Assembly: GCA_052327205.1 (NCBI GenBank)
Contig: JBMRGM010000043.1
Coordinates: 30,876,001 to 30,940,000, forward strand
DNA: 64,000 nucleotides
Source of the DNA: Somniosus microcephalus
Taxonomy: Eukaryota
Direction of reading: 5' to 3'
The translations under genes were made by a program, and so were the position numbers. The notes beneath the pieces are model-generated. The model was not told the DNA's origin, made no database searches, and worked only from the letters and a program-made list of their open reading frames with translations. Positions 35,501 to 50,500 of the stretch are shown here, piece after piece (position 1 is the stretch's first letter; each line of letters opens with the position of its first letter).

Positions 35501-38500
35501 GGAACAGCACGGTGTTTAATCAGACAGTGCCTTACCACTTACTAGTCCCGGCAATCGTTGCTAGCTGAAATCTCGGTGCTAAAATTTAACTTGGAGAGTG
35601 CAGTAGATAATTGGCAGACAAGGAAATCGAATTTCACCTGTGTGTAGATAGTATGGCCAATGAGCTACTACCGGTTTTGCACCCCAGACAAACTTGAATT
35701 TCCACCCCTCCAATTTCAGTAGAGGGGGATGACGGGGTGGCAAAACGCCGGAGGCTATTGAAGGCTGAGCCTCTGATGTCCGGCCTCTCGATTGCATTCA
35801 GTTAGAATCTGCCAATCATAACTCTATCTTTACATTTTAAAAGGAGCAGGCAATCAGAACACCAAGTGGGTGTTATCGATCCTGTGTCATCAGTGGATTT
35901 TCAAAGAATTGCATTGTCCATAGCTGAGCGTTTAACATGAATGTCCTAAAATGTGAAGGTGCTGCAACAATGACCAATGAGGTTTCAGTATTTAAGACTT
36001 GGGCATAAAGCATCGTCTGGGCGGAGAGCAGAGTCCAAAATCTGAGTGGGGGGAATGGGGTGGGCTGAAGAGGGATAATCTCACAGGACCCGCAGGATGT
36101 TTCCTCCATTCATTTTAACGGAAGGGTTAACTTCTCCCCAAATCTAGCCACGAGAGTATGTTCAGATGTCGGTGTTCCAAAGTGCATCTTCCTATAAACA
36201 GAGTGCAATCAAGGATTATTGAACGGCTCTTTCTTTGAACCGCTGTCAGCATTTCATTGCTCTGATTATTAACTTGTGTTATCCAAACAAATAATTTCAT
36301 AAATCTTTGAGCGATGCTTCAGCTGGTAAATCTATTTTTTACTCTATTTTATAGAGCTCTTCTCCAAACCTACATTGAGGGCTGATTCTGAAGCTCAAAT
36401 ATTTGAGGGCCAACAGTTAAATCTCGCATGTTTGGTTGAAATATTTCGCTCCAGTTCGTCTTTGAGATATGTATTTTTCAAAAATGAACAAGCTCTCAAT
36501 TCAGCGGCAGACCACAACTATTACATCAAGGAGACATCACTGCTGGACGATTCGGGGATTTACCAGTGTGAAGCAAGTACTTTGAACAGTGAGGTGAAGA
36601 AACTGAGTAATCAGGTTTCTGTTTCAGTCAGACGTGAGTACAATTTACTGTTAGAATTTAGCATCTTTCATCCACAAAATTCCCAGCAGGTTCGCACACG
36701 GGGATTGATCCGTGAAGAAAGGGCCTTACCTATATGTTCAACATGCACTGAATACATAAATAACTAAATTATTGTCGCATAGACAACAGGGGAAAGGAAA
36801 TAATAGCATGTTTATACAACACATTCGTGAGGCCACAGATACTGTGTCCAATGTCCTGCCTTCCATTTTAAAGAGAACAGTAAAATCACAGAAAACGGGA
36901 AGCGTTGATTCACCAGATGACGCCAGGGATGGAAAACTTTATTCACCAGAATAGACTTGAGCTACTGGCACGAACACTACCGGAGTAGCCATGGCTAAGA
37001 GTTATTTCATTACTGTTTATTACATGATAAGACCGAGATAGGGTGATAAGGGAATGGTATTTACTCTGATTGCGAAGACAGGAAGGAGGGATCATTGATG
37101 TATAATTATCAATATAAGCGGGAGGATAGCTTAGAAGAACGTTCTTTATTCGAGGATTGCTGGAACAAAGAATGATTGGCCAAGTGGAGCAGTGGAGTTA
37201 GATGCAATTGCATTTAGGTAGATAGTGTTTATGGTACTGGAATAGTGCAGAGTTAGTAGGAATCAGTACCAGGCCAGAGATAGTAGGGTGGCCACTAGTG
37301 GATTGCAATAGGAATCATTGCAGTTCCAGAATCAGTTTTTCCTCTATTAATTCCACTGACTGCTGAAGTAGGAGAGGGGCACGGGCGCCCAAGATTGGAG
37401 TGGTAACCTAAATGACGAGGCTCTTTATTTTGATGAGAGCCCTATTTCACTTTGAAAGTAATACTACAAATTCCACAAAAGCAATGTAATTAACAAATGG
37501 TTATATTTACAGGAATCCCAGTGTCCAAACCGGAACTGGCAATCAGCCCTGGTAAAGAGTTACTGGAAGGCGACACAGCATCGTTAACCTGCTCAGTGTT
37601 CAACGGTTCTACCCCGATTACCTACATATTCTACAAAGGCCCGAATAAAGAACTCTTCCGAGAGGAGTCCAACCTAACCGAAATTACTTACCAAATCGGT
37701 AAAGTCAACCAAAGCACCCAAGGGGATTATATTTGTGGTGTTTCAAATGAAGCGACCAGACGTCCTCTACACAGCGATTTTGTTACGGTTGCAGTGCTAG
37801 GTGAGTTATTATAAATACCTCTGAGGCAGAACGAAACAAGTGACTCAAAGTGAGAACAGTCCGGGAATCATTGCTTTTGCCAATAGCTTGGACGTTGTAA
37901 CATCTTCTTTGACATTCTTCTGTGTGAAGTGAGGCACTGCGCCATTTACATTAAACAGGTGAATGCCTAAAAAGAACAAGAATGTCATCTGATTGCATCA
38001 AATATTGGTCTACAAACTGCAACTGTTAGTTGTAGATTTAAAACGGCCGATCAGTCTGTTTAATTGACAAATTGAGAGAAGTTATACGGAGAGGTTAATG
38101 ACGACTCAAATCTTAATACCATCGGCAGTAATTTTTGGGCTATAAATTTTAGAACATCATCTCTTAACCGTAGCTGCTAATACTTTTGTATTTGTATATG
38201 GGATTGGGCGTCGCTGGCAACATTTGCTTTAATTGGCCATCCCTAATTGCCCTTGAGAAGGTAGTGGTGAGCCACCTTCTTGAACCGCTGCAGTCCACGT
38301 GGTGAAGGTACTCCCACAGTGCTGTGAGGGAGGGAGTTCCAGGATATTGACGCAGGAGCGATGAAGGATCGGCGATATACTTCTAAATCAGGGCAGTGTG
38401 TGGCTTGGAGGGAACCTTGGAGGTGATGGTGTTTCCATGCCCCTGCGGCCCTTGTCCTTCTTGGGGGAAGAGGTCGCGGGTTTGGGAGGTGCTGCCGAAG

Positions 38501-41500
38501 AAGCCTTGGCGAGTTGCTGCAGTGCATCTTGTAGATGGTGCACACTGCAGCCACGGTGTGCCAGTGGTGGAGGGAGTGAATGTTTAAGGTGGTGGATGGG
38601 GTGACAATCAAGGGGGCTGCATTGTCCTGATGGTGTTAAGATTCTTTAGTGTTGTTGGAGCTGCACTCACTAGAAAAGTGGAGAGTATTCCATCACACTC
38701 CTTAATTGTGCCTTGTAGATGGTGGAAAGTCTTTGTGGAGTCAGGAAGTGAGACACGCGCCAGAGATTACCTAGACTCTGACCTGCTCGTGCTGATGATA
38801 TATTTCAAGCTCAGTTGGACAATATAGGTTCCATCCCTATATTATTGGAAGATTGGCAACAGTGGAGCCCTCAGGCTTTCGGCCCGAATTAGGCTTTGCT
38901 CTGAAGCGGGCCATTGTAACTTTAGCCGAAGGTGAAACATGGGTCATATCGTAGAGTTCGCCCATTATAATCAACGTCATATGTTTCCTTCCATTGCCTG
39001 GTGGATTCCCCCCGCATTGTTCTGTATGTAACTCAGCGCAAGTTGTACTGATGGCTCATTGTCACCACCACATTGAGGCCGGTGACAAAGGAAATCTGCA
39101 CATGTTTCAGTGCATTAACGAACCTACCTGAAAACAATCATCTTGTTTGTCCACTCGCTATATTTCCCGTTTCATATACAGTCCTGTTGAAAACTTTCAA
39201 TTTTGGAAGAAAACCTACTATTTGGTGTTATGTGTCGAAACATTAGTTAGAACTAATATTCACTATCACTAATGGAACAGCGCAAGGACAATTCTGAACT
39301 AAATATTTTCGCCAATGCATTTACACCTGATCAACAATTCTTGCACCAGTCTGATTTATTTATCTGATTTAATCTAAGATAGTACTCAAAATAGGTTTCA
39401 ATGTTGAATTGTAACTTGCAGAATTAATTCTCTACATCTTTAATCTGATCTGCTTTCCACTAGTTCCTGCAGCTGGTGCTTCTCTCACTTCCAATGCCAA
39501 CAAAACTGAGATTTCAGCGGGGGACCGTCTCTTTCTCCAGTGCCTGGTGAAGAGAGGCACTGCACTGCTTTTCCGCTGGTACAGTTAGGAAACAACAGCG
39601 AATCTTATCACTTAAGCAGGGACGGGAGTGAACTCATTATCAATTCATTCCAGACAGGCCATGGAGGTCGATATCACTGTGTAGCGACCAACAGAGGGAG
39701 CTTTGAAGGAATAGTAATGACAACCAGCAATTATATCGATGTCACGGTACCATGTAACAGAACATTGTGCTTGATCTAATTTTATGAAATACTTTTCTTC
39801 CGTCAAAGTAAACAGTATATTGAATTTGCATGACTTATATCTCATAAAGAAAACATCGCAGCTCAGGTGAAAATTTATAAGTATAGTTTCTGATTAAGAA
39901 ATTGAACTTAACTAGGTGAAAATCGTGCTGAAATAAACTAGCAAATTTTCACAAGGGTGCTTTTGAAGTTGAAATTGATAAGGATACAAAGCAGAGCCAT
40001 GGTCATAAAGTGACAGAGAGGGGAAGTTTGGGAGGGGTGAGCAAAAACCTGGCTGCAAATATGGTTCCTGTGAGGATGTTTGAAGCAGGCTGTAGTAGAG
40101 GTGGTTTAGGAGAGTAGAGCCAAAGCACTTTCACTAATGGTGTGACACAGGAAGCGCGTGAGCCCAATAGGCCACAAATTAACTGACTGAGGGCTGTAAG
40201 GATGGAGATATAATTGGAGGATATATGTAAGAAATATAGTGAACATGAGGACCAGGTGTTTAAAATTGTTACATTCGAGGACAGGAAGCTAGATTGGAAA
40301 AGTGGCGAGTAGGAATTGGTGTGGGACAGGGATGTCTTGCTTAGTTGTAGTTTGTGGATGGCGGCGTTGGGAGCTCAGAAAGGAAGGCATGGTAATAATC
40401 GACCCTAGAGCTGACAAATCCATGGACCAATGTTCCAGGTTCGTGGGTCTCAGGTGGGTAGAAATGGAATCCATTCAGTGCAGATTTTAAAAACAATTTT
40501 AATTTGGTGTATGGTGCGGTGTTGAATTTGTAATGCTTGGAATGGTTTTATGCTATTCATGTAATAAGTTTGTTTGATTCCAGCACAAAGTCACACAACC
40601 GCGATCACAGCAACAGTTCTTCCACTTTTTCTGATCGCTGCCCTGATTGCACTGGTTTTCTTCAAACTTCGGAAGCAGAAACAAGGTGAGCAGTGTCTTC
40701 CGGGCAGGTGATTGGCTCGACAGACACGGGATGGGATTCATTACCCAACATATTCAGTTGCATCATTCGAAATGTAACAGACTGATTTGAGAGGGAGAGG
40801 CACAGTTTGGGCAGGAGTGCAAAGAGTTATTTACATGGATGAATTCGGTTGATGAACTCAGCTTGCTTAGTTGAGGATATGTTTCCGCTTCTACCATTCT
40901 CAAAAGGAATAAATCTGTGCCAGGGGGAGAATAATAACTGGCACGTGGTTAGGAAGAGAATGTGAAATCTGCTTGATGATTTGTAATGATTGGTGATATC
41001 TTAAATTTTTCCAGAAGTTCTTTGTGCATTCGTGCTCTGTTTTATTTAATTATTGATATAAATGCACGTGTGTAACAGTTTTTAATTATTAACAATGAAA
41101 ATGCTTACTGTCTGACGATTATTTAAGGAAACCAAAACCATCTCTAGGCAGTAGAAGTGCCATATTTATTGCACAACTTGCTGAAATATGTCTCTTTCTA
41201 TTTTATCCAGACAATTCCTCAAGTGTTTCACAGCCGCAGGGGTAAGTCTGCAAAATCTTTATATTAGTCCATCGTAACTATATCCATGATTATACTGAAA
41301 GCTGAAAATCCTCTTTGGCCCGGGTGCAAATTATACGCCCCCAATTGGAACTGAATATTGGACTCGACATAGACGGTCGCTAGTTGCGCCTTTTATGCCT
41401 CCACGTACAAGTGGAATTTCACGCCATAGTCTCTGATATAGCTCCGATGGAGACGGTTGGAATGTTTAAGTGCTAAATACTCTCTTTTTTGGTTCTTGCT

Positions 41501-44500
41501 TTTTAGTTTATCAACAGGTCAGTCAGCCTAACATAGTTATTGGAAACCATTATTAGGGAAAAAATAAACATTAATTTGTAAAGACATTGTTTAATCAAGG
41601 AGATGCAACATGGATTTGTTAAAGGAAATCATGTGTGACTAACTTGATTGAATATTTGATGAGTTAACAGAGACTTTTGATCAAGATGGTGTAGTAGATG
41701 TTGCATATATTGACTTGCAGAAGGCAGTCATCCGAGGCTTGTTAAAAAAGATGTAAACCCATGGGATTAAGGGAAAGTGGCGTTATGGATACAGAATGGG
41801 CTCGGTGACAGGAAGCAGAGAGTGGTGGTGGATGGATATTTCTCAGACGGGGAGGTGGTTTTGCAGTGGTGTTCCCCAACAGTCATTTTGGGGTCCAGTA
41901 CTCTTTGAATTTTAATGACTGACCTAGACAAAGGTGTAAGGAGCAACATTGTAAATCTGCAGATGATACATAACTTGGCCAGGTAGTAGATTGTGATGAG
42001 GATAGTTGTAGTCTTCAGGGTGACATAGACAGGAATGGTTAAATGGGCAGAAGCATGGCAGATGGAGTTCAACCTGGAACTGTGAAGTGATGTACTTTTG
42101 GAGAACTAATCTGGAAAGACAATATACAACAAAAGCCACGATTTTGAAAAGTGTAGATGAGCAGAAATACTTTGGTGTGCATATACACAAATCCTTAAAT
42201 ATGACATGGCAAGTAGATAAGTTGGTTAAAGCAGCATATGGATCATTTGTTTTTTTTAAATAGCGGCTTATAATGTAAAAGCAAAGAGAACAAGCTAGAA
42301 CTTTATGAATCAATGTTTAGGTCTCAGCTGGACAATTCATGGTAGCAACTCATCAAGGCTTCTTCGGCAGCAGCTCCAAAACACGCAAACTCTTCCAACT
42401 AGAAGGACAAGGGCAGCAGGCGCATGGGAACACCACCACCTCCAAGTTCCCCTCCAAGTCACACACCATCCTGACTTAGAAGTATATCGCTGATCCTTCA
42501 TCGCCGCTGGGTCAAAATCCTGGAACTCCCTCCCTAACAGCACTGTGGGATTACCTTCACCACACGGACTGCAGCAGTTCAAGAAGGCGGCTCACCACCA
42601 CCTTCTCAAGGGGCAACTAGGGATGGGCAATAAATGCTGACCTTGCCAGCGACACCCACATCCAAAATACGAATAAAACCACACTTCAGGAAACATAGTA
42701 AGAGGCAAAGAAAGGTTACAGCGGAGGTTTACAGGATATTACAAGGGATGAGGGACTTTATTTACAAGCAGTGGTTGGATAATTAGGACATGGAATAGAG
42801 AAGGTTAAGAGGTGAGCCATTAGAGATTTTCAAGGGGATGAGAAGTTTTGTTAGAGTAGATAGAGAAACAATATTCCCTCTTGGTCAATAACAGAGGTCA
42901 TAGATTTAACATCATTGTATAAAGATCTTGAGGGGAGATGTGGAGAAATATTTTTCAATGAGAGAGTTGTCGGGATGTAGAATGCTCTACCTGAAAATTT
43001 GGTGGAAGCTATTTCCATCAATAACTTTAGCAGTGAGTTGGACGGATCGTTGACCATGAGGACCATTTAGGGCTGCGGACAACAGCCAGGGATATGGGAC
43101 TAAGTACGATTGCTCCTTCAAGGCGTTCTATGTTCTGTATATCTACTTCTGAAATCTATGATTCTGTAACATTTCGTTAAAAGTTAACTTTGCGTTGTTG
43201 ATGCATGAATCCTAAATATCTGAGAACATTTCCGTGCACAGTGTGGCAACTGAAAATAAATCTCTAACCCCGAGTGAAGAAACATCTGCGAACAATTTCG
43301 AGTATGCAGTTGTGGGATCAGCCCGAAATACCGGTAAGCGTGAACTGACACATGTGAAAAATATGGTAGATTGTTCATGGTAACATTGGTTCTGCCGCTA
43401 ACCCATCGTATCTTCGGTGGAATATCGGTAAATATTCAGGGAAACGGCCATATATGCATGGCTTGCGGCAATATTCCACTGACGTTGTGACAGGACATGG
43501 TGGAAATCACCCATGGACATTGGAGTTCTTCATCTGCAAGCATTCAGCATACCCTCGTGTTAGATTCCCATCTTATTGTCTGGGTATTAAGCATCGCGTG
43601 GGTCGAGCATACTCAGGGAAATAGTTGAGGCACTTGGCACGGTTCTATTGAACCATGTTAGTGGAAAGAAAAGCTGGTGGGTTCCGTAAAGGATGTGCCT
43701 GTTGCCCCAGCAGACTGAGCAGTCTGCGCTCTTTGCAGGTGACGCTAACTGTTCCGACGCCAAAACAAAAATCTACCCCCTATTCCCTTTTAATTTTGAA
43801 TTCATTATTTCCTCTACCTCTCATTTTTCTTTTTCTGATGGTAGTGGTTCTCAATCGGCCGGGATTGATAGGTGGACATCTGGGTGCTAGTCCAAAATTT
43901 TAATCTCAGAACCTGATAATCCGACATAAGGAACAATATCTTGAGTACTAAATTGATTTGGGGAACTGTCTCCTCCCCACCATTACAAATCAACTTTCCA
44001 AGCAAAGGATGCTGGAACTGGTCCTCAGCCCGATATCTGGGTGCCTGGAATGGAGTAATCAGAGAATATGCTTCTCACCGTCACCCTGTTTACAAGCAAG
44101 CGACTCAGCCCAGCCCTATGGCTTGGGACCAAAACACTTCATGAATTTGCTCACGGGACGGTGGATCAGCTTGTATTGATCAGGATAATTAGTTGCTTAA
44201 TTTTAATACCAGTAAACACAGCAGTAAATTTCCAATCATGAATTGTAGGTTGTGTCTGGTATCTAAATGCTTCCTTAATTAACTATGTCATTGAGCACAG
44301 TTTCCATTTTTTCTCTCTGCAGCTTCTATTTCCAATCATATAATCTACAGTGTAGTCCAAGGCACGAAACCTATGGAAGGTAAGAATTCGCCTTGTTACT
44401 TGGCTGGAGGGATTTGTATATCTCATAGGGCTTCATAACTACTGTGAGGGTAGCGACTGTCTTCAGACTGTGAGAAGTAATCTGGGAAGGGTCTGAATCG

Positions 44501-47500
44501 ATTGATGCATTATAGGACTGGCACCACAATTACAGTATTTGTAAATGACAAAATCACTATTGGCACTTTGTAAGTTCCATCTCTCGGGAGTAGTATCCTT
44601 AGAACCTGCACACGAACTCCACTGTTCTGGTTTTTAGATAACTATTGTGTGGAATATCGTAATTGGCCAGACTCTTAATGTCACCATAAAATGCAACGAC
44701 GATAACAAATCCTTAATATAACTCGATCGATACAGTTGAAGGCAAGTAACGTGTACATTTGGCAAACATAATCCATTCTTGGACATTTAAATCAATGCTA
44801 TGCAATTAATGGTTATATAACTGAGGGGAATGATATGCTCTAATTCCATGCACTATATACATATTATGGATACTAATACGATTTTCTCAATTCATTATCG
44901 CTGTCAATTAATTTATACCAAGCAATCAGTCAGTCTAGCTCTGTAAATAGGTATCCATGTGTCCATCAATATCTTTCTATCTATGACTTTGCTCACGGGC
45001 CTGTGGAGCAGCTTTTATTGATCAGGTTAATTAGTTGCTTCATTTTAAAACCAGTGAACACAGCAGTAAATTTCCAATCATGAATTGTAGGATGGATCTG
45101 GTATCTAAGTGCTTCCTTGATTATCATTGATCGCAGTTTCCTCTTTCTCGCTCTACAGCTTCTAGTTCTGATCAGATAACCCACAGTTTAGTACAAGGCA
45201 CGAAGCCCATGGAAGGTAAGGATCCGCTGTGTTACTTTGCTGGAGGGCTTGTTAACTACTGTAAGGGTAGTGACTGTCTTCAGATTGTGAGACATCATCT
45301 GGGAAGAGCCTGAATCGATTGATGCATTATAGGACTGAAACCACAATACCAGTATTTGTAAATGAAAAAAATCACTATAGGCACTTTGTAAGTTCCATCT
45401 CTCAGGATTAGTATCCTTAGAACCTGCACACAAATTCCCCTGTTCTGATTCTTAGATAACATCATAATTGGCCGGACAATTAATGTTGCCATAAACTGCA
45501 ATGACGATAACAAATGCTTAATATAAGTCGATCAATAAAGTTGAAGGCAAATAATGTGTACTTTTGGTGGCAAACATCATCCATTCTTGGACATTTAAAA
45601 CAATGCTATTCAATTAATGGTTATATATCATCCTTATTAAACTTATGGAAATGACATCATCTATTCCCATGCACTAAATTCATATTATGGATACTAATAC
45701 GGTTGTCTCAATACATTATCGCTAGCAATTAATTTATATCAAGCAATCAATCAGTCTACCTCTGTAAATAGCTATCCATGTATCCATCAATATCTTTCTA
45801 TCTATGTATCTATCTATCTTTATATCTATCTTCCAAATATCTATGTATCTTTCTATCTATCACTCCATGTCTTCCTCCCTATTTCTCTATATATATCTAT
45901 CGTCCCTCTATCATCTATATATTAATCCATCTTAATGAAGCCTTATTTTTGTCTTGTTTTCTCTTTTTGTTTCTGTTTAGATATTACCGGAAATGCTGCC
46001 AATTTAGTGTATTCGGAGGTCACGATCAGAAAGTCACGAGGCTGTGGTAATTTCTGTCAATTGTTCGCAGCTGTTGCTAAGCAAGATGATAATTACAGTT
46101 CTACATAATGTTGGGTTATTCCTCTGCTTGATATAGTGGGAATGAGGTACATGGACTGTAAACTAAATAGTGGGGAGGGGGGAGGGTTCAGTTGAAGGGG
46201 AATTTAGAAAGTCAAACAGAAAGGAGGAGGTAACAGTGCAAGGTAGCGATAGGGGTAATGATAACCAGAGATTGACAGGAGGAGACAAAGCATACAGACA
46301 TAAACGTGCACTTGCAAACAGATTCAGAGTAGTTAAAAATGGTATAAAAATAAATAAAAGCTCTTTAACTGAATGCATGCAGCATTCATAACAGGATAGA
46401 TGAGTTGCCGGCACAAATCGAAATAAATGGGCATGATCTGATAGTCATTACAGAGACGGGGTTGCAAGGTGACCAATTCTGGGAACTGAATATTCAAGGG
46501 TATTTGATATTTCGGAAGAATAGGCAGAAAGCAAAAGGAGTTGGGTAACTCTTTTAATAAAGGATGTGATCAGTGCAGTGGTGAGAAATGATATTGGCTC
46601 AGAATATCAAAATATAGAATTTGTTTTAACGGAGATAATAAATAGTAAGGGAAATAAATCATTAGCGGGAGCAGTCTATAGCACTCCTAACTGTAGCTAC
46701 ACTGTGTAGGACAGTGTATAAATCAAGAACTAATAGGGGCTTGTAAGTAAGGTACTGCGATAATCATGGGCGATTTTAATATTCATATAGCTAGAACAAA
46801 TCTAATTGACAAGGTTAGCCTTGAGGTCGAGTTCATAGAATGTATTCGGTATGGTTTCTTAGAACAATACGTTGTGGAATCAACCAGGGTGATGGCTATT
46901 TTAAATCTGGTAATATGTAATGGGGCAGGATTAATTAATGATCTCATGGTAAAGGATCCTCTTGTGAAGAGCGATCATAGCATGATGAATTTCTAATTCA
47001 GATTCAGGGTGAGAAACTTGGGTCTGAAACTTAAATAAATTCAATTACAAAAGGTATGAAGAAAGAGTTGGCTAAAGTAGACTGGGAAAATAGATTAAAG
47101 TGTAAGACGGTAGATAGGCAGTGACAGATATTTAATGAGATTTTTCATAACTCTCAGCAAAGATTTATTGCAGCGTGCAAGAAAGACTCTACGAGAAGGA
47201 TGAACATCCGGGGCTAACTGACGAAGTTTAGGATGGTATCAAATTGAAAGAAAATGCATAATATGTTGCAAAGATTCGTAGTAGGTGAGAATTGGGAAAT
47301 TTTTGAAAATCAGCAAAGGATGACTAAAAAATTAATAGAGGTAGAAGATAGATTATGAAAGTAAACTAGCAAAGAATATAAAAAAACAGAGACTAAGAGC
47401 TTCAACAGGTATATAAATGAAAGATAATAGCTAAAGTAAACGTTGGTCCCTTAGATGATGGGACTGGGGAATTAATAATGGGAAACGGGGAAATTGCAGA

Positions 47501-50500
47501 GACATTTAACAAATATTTTGTATTGGTTTTCACGGTAGAAGACACAAAAAGCATCCCAATGATAATTGATAATCAAGGTGCTGTATTCACAATATATATC
47601 TAAAATTTGGGTGAGGGTCCCAAATGTAATATTTCCAAGTTTGCTGACATCACGAAACTAGGTGGGATTGTGAGTTGTGAGGAGGAGGCTAATAGGCTTC
47701 AAGCTAATTTAGACAAGTTGATTGAGTGGGCAAATACATGGCAGATGCAGTATAACATGGATAAATCTGAAGTTATCCATTTCAGTACGAAAAACAGAAA
47801 TGCAGAATATTATTTAAATGTTGATAGATTGGGAAATGTTGATGTACAGACGGACCTGGGCGTCCCTGTACACCAGTCACTGAAAGCAAACATGCAGGTG
47901 CAGCAAGCAGTTAGGAAGGGAAATTGAATGTTGGCCTTCATTGCAAGAGGAGTTGAGTACAGGAGCGAGGATGTACATTTATACAGGGCCTTGATGAGAC
48001 CTTGGGAGTACGGTGTACAGTTTTGTTTTCCTTACCTAAGAAAGGATATACTTACGATAGAGGGAGTGCAGCGAGGGTTCATCAGACTGATTCCTGGGAT
48101 GGCAGGACTGTCGTCTGAGGAGCGATTGGGCCGACTAAGCTTTATTCACGAGAGTTTAAAAGAATGTGAGTGTATCTCATTCAAACGTATAAAATTCTGA
48201 CAGGGCTAGACAGACTGGATGCAGGGAGGATGTTTCCCCCGGCTGGTGGATCTAGAAGGATTGGTTACATTCTCAGGATGGCGTACATTCAAGGTTCTTA
48301 AATGAAGTGGCTGCAAAGATAGTCGATGCATTGGTTGTAATCAACCAAATTTCCCTGGATTCTAGAGAGCTCCCAGCGGCTTGGAAATTCGCAAATTTAA
48401 CGCTCCAATTGAAGAAAGGAAAGAGGCCAAAAGCAGGAAGCTATTGGCCAGTTAGCCTTACATCTGTCATTGGGAAAATGATGGAATCCATTATTAAGGA
48501 ATGAATAGCAGGACATATAGAAAATCATAATGCCATCTACTTGAGTCAACATGGTTTTATGGAAGGGAAATTGTGCTTGACAAATTTATTGGAGTCCTTT
48601 GAGGATGTAACGAGGAGTGTGGATAAAGGGGAACCAGTAGATGTAGTGTATTTGAATTTGCAAAAGTCATTCGCTATGGTGCCAGATAAAAGGTTACTGC
48701 ACAAGATAAGAGCTCTCGGGCTTGGGGGTAATATATTAGCATGGATAGAGGATTGGCTAACTAACAGAAAACAAAGAGTCGGGATAAATGGGTCATTTTC
48801 CGGTTGGCTAACTGTAACTAGTGGGATGCCACAGGTATCAGTTCTGGGGCCTCCACTATTTACAATCTATATTTATGACCTGGCCAAATTTGCTGACGAT
48901 ACAAAGGTACATGAGAAACAAGTTGTGAGGAGGACACAATTAGTTTGCAAAGGGATATAAATATGTTAAGTGAGTGGGCAGAAATTCGGCACATGCAGTA
49001 TAATGTGGGAAAATATGAGATTATCCACTTTGGTAAGAAAACTAATGAAACAAATTATTATTTAAATGGGGAGAGACTACCTAATGCTGCCATACATAGG
49101 GGACTGGGTGTCCTCATACTTGAAACACAAACGGTTAGCATGCAAGTACAGCAAGTAATTAGGAAGGCAAATGGAATGTTGACCTTTATTGCCAGGGGGT
49201 GGAGCATAATAGTAGGGAAGTCTTGCTACAACTGGAGTATTGCGTGTAGTTCTGGTCCCCTTATTTCAGGCGGGATACACTTGCATTGGAGGCAGTTCAG
49301 AGATGGTTCACTAGGTTAATTCCTGAGATGAAGGGGTTGTCTAAAGAAGAAATGTTGAGCAGGGTGGGCATTTACGCATTGGAGTTTAGAAGAATGAGAG
49401 GTGATCTTATTGAAACATATAAGATTCTGAGGGTGCTTGACAGGGTAGATTCAGGGAGGATGTTCCCCCTCGTGGGGGAATCTAGCAGTAGTGGACAAAG
49501 TTACAGGATATGGGATCGCTCTTTTAAAACGATGATGAGGAGGAATTTCTTCTCTGAGGTTGTGAATCTTTGGAATTGTCTAACCCAATGAGCTGTGGAG
49601 GCAGAGTCATTGAGTATATTCAAGGTGGAGATAGACATATATTTGAGCTACAGGGGAGTTAAGGGTTTTGAGGAGCGGATGGGAAAGTGGGGATGAGGCC
49701 AAGTCAGATCAGTCATGGTCGTATTGAATGGTGGTGCAGGTTCGAGGGGCCGAATGGCCTACTCTTGCTCCTATTTATGTTTCTCATGAAATATCACGTA
49801 GATGTTATTAGCAGGTGTAATTTTAACCTAACTCAGCCTGGTCGAAAAGGGACTGGGTCTGGTGAAATCCCTGTTGTCAATCGCACCCAATTTTACTCTC
49901 CTACTACAAGGGAGAGTAAAGTCCATTGGGTGTACACCCACCCTGAAATTGTCCCGATCTCGTCAGTTTACTGCCAGGGTGGGTGATACTAAAATGACCC
50001 CGGATTAGGCTGGATTAATCTGATTCTGTTCATCAACTTCCCCAGATTGTTGCCTTTATAATGCATCTGCTTTATTTACAGATAATGATGATGGCGCCTC
50101 AGGAAGGAAACAGGTAAGTTTTCTTTAGAGGGGAAAGATGCTGGTGAGAAATATCACGACCAATGCGGGTAGATTTCTAACTAACCTTCGCAAAGTAAAC
50201 TGTCGGCCATCAGTTTTAGCAATGGCCCGATTGAAACACACACCCTTATCAATAAGATATTCCTTTGGACTGTGAAACGAGCAGCACATTCGCTGTCCAC
50301 CCGTTATGGTCCCACACTGCCCAAAAGCAATTTTAACCCCGATGTCTATTATTCTCTATCATTGGGACAGATATGCTGCTTGCGACTTGGGCTTAAAGAG
50401 GGCGATGACGGTCTTTCACACAGAATAGAAAACACACATTTTTAATTTGCAATGATTTGAATTAAAAATAGAATCCGGCGGTTCCAGTCGACGCCAGTTT

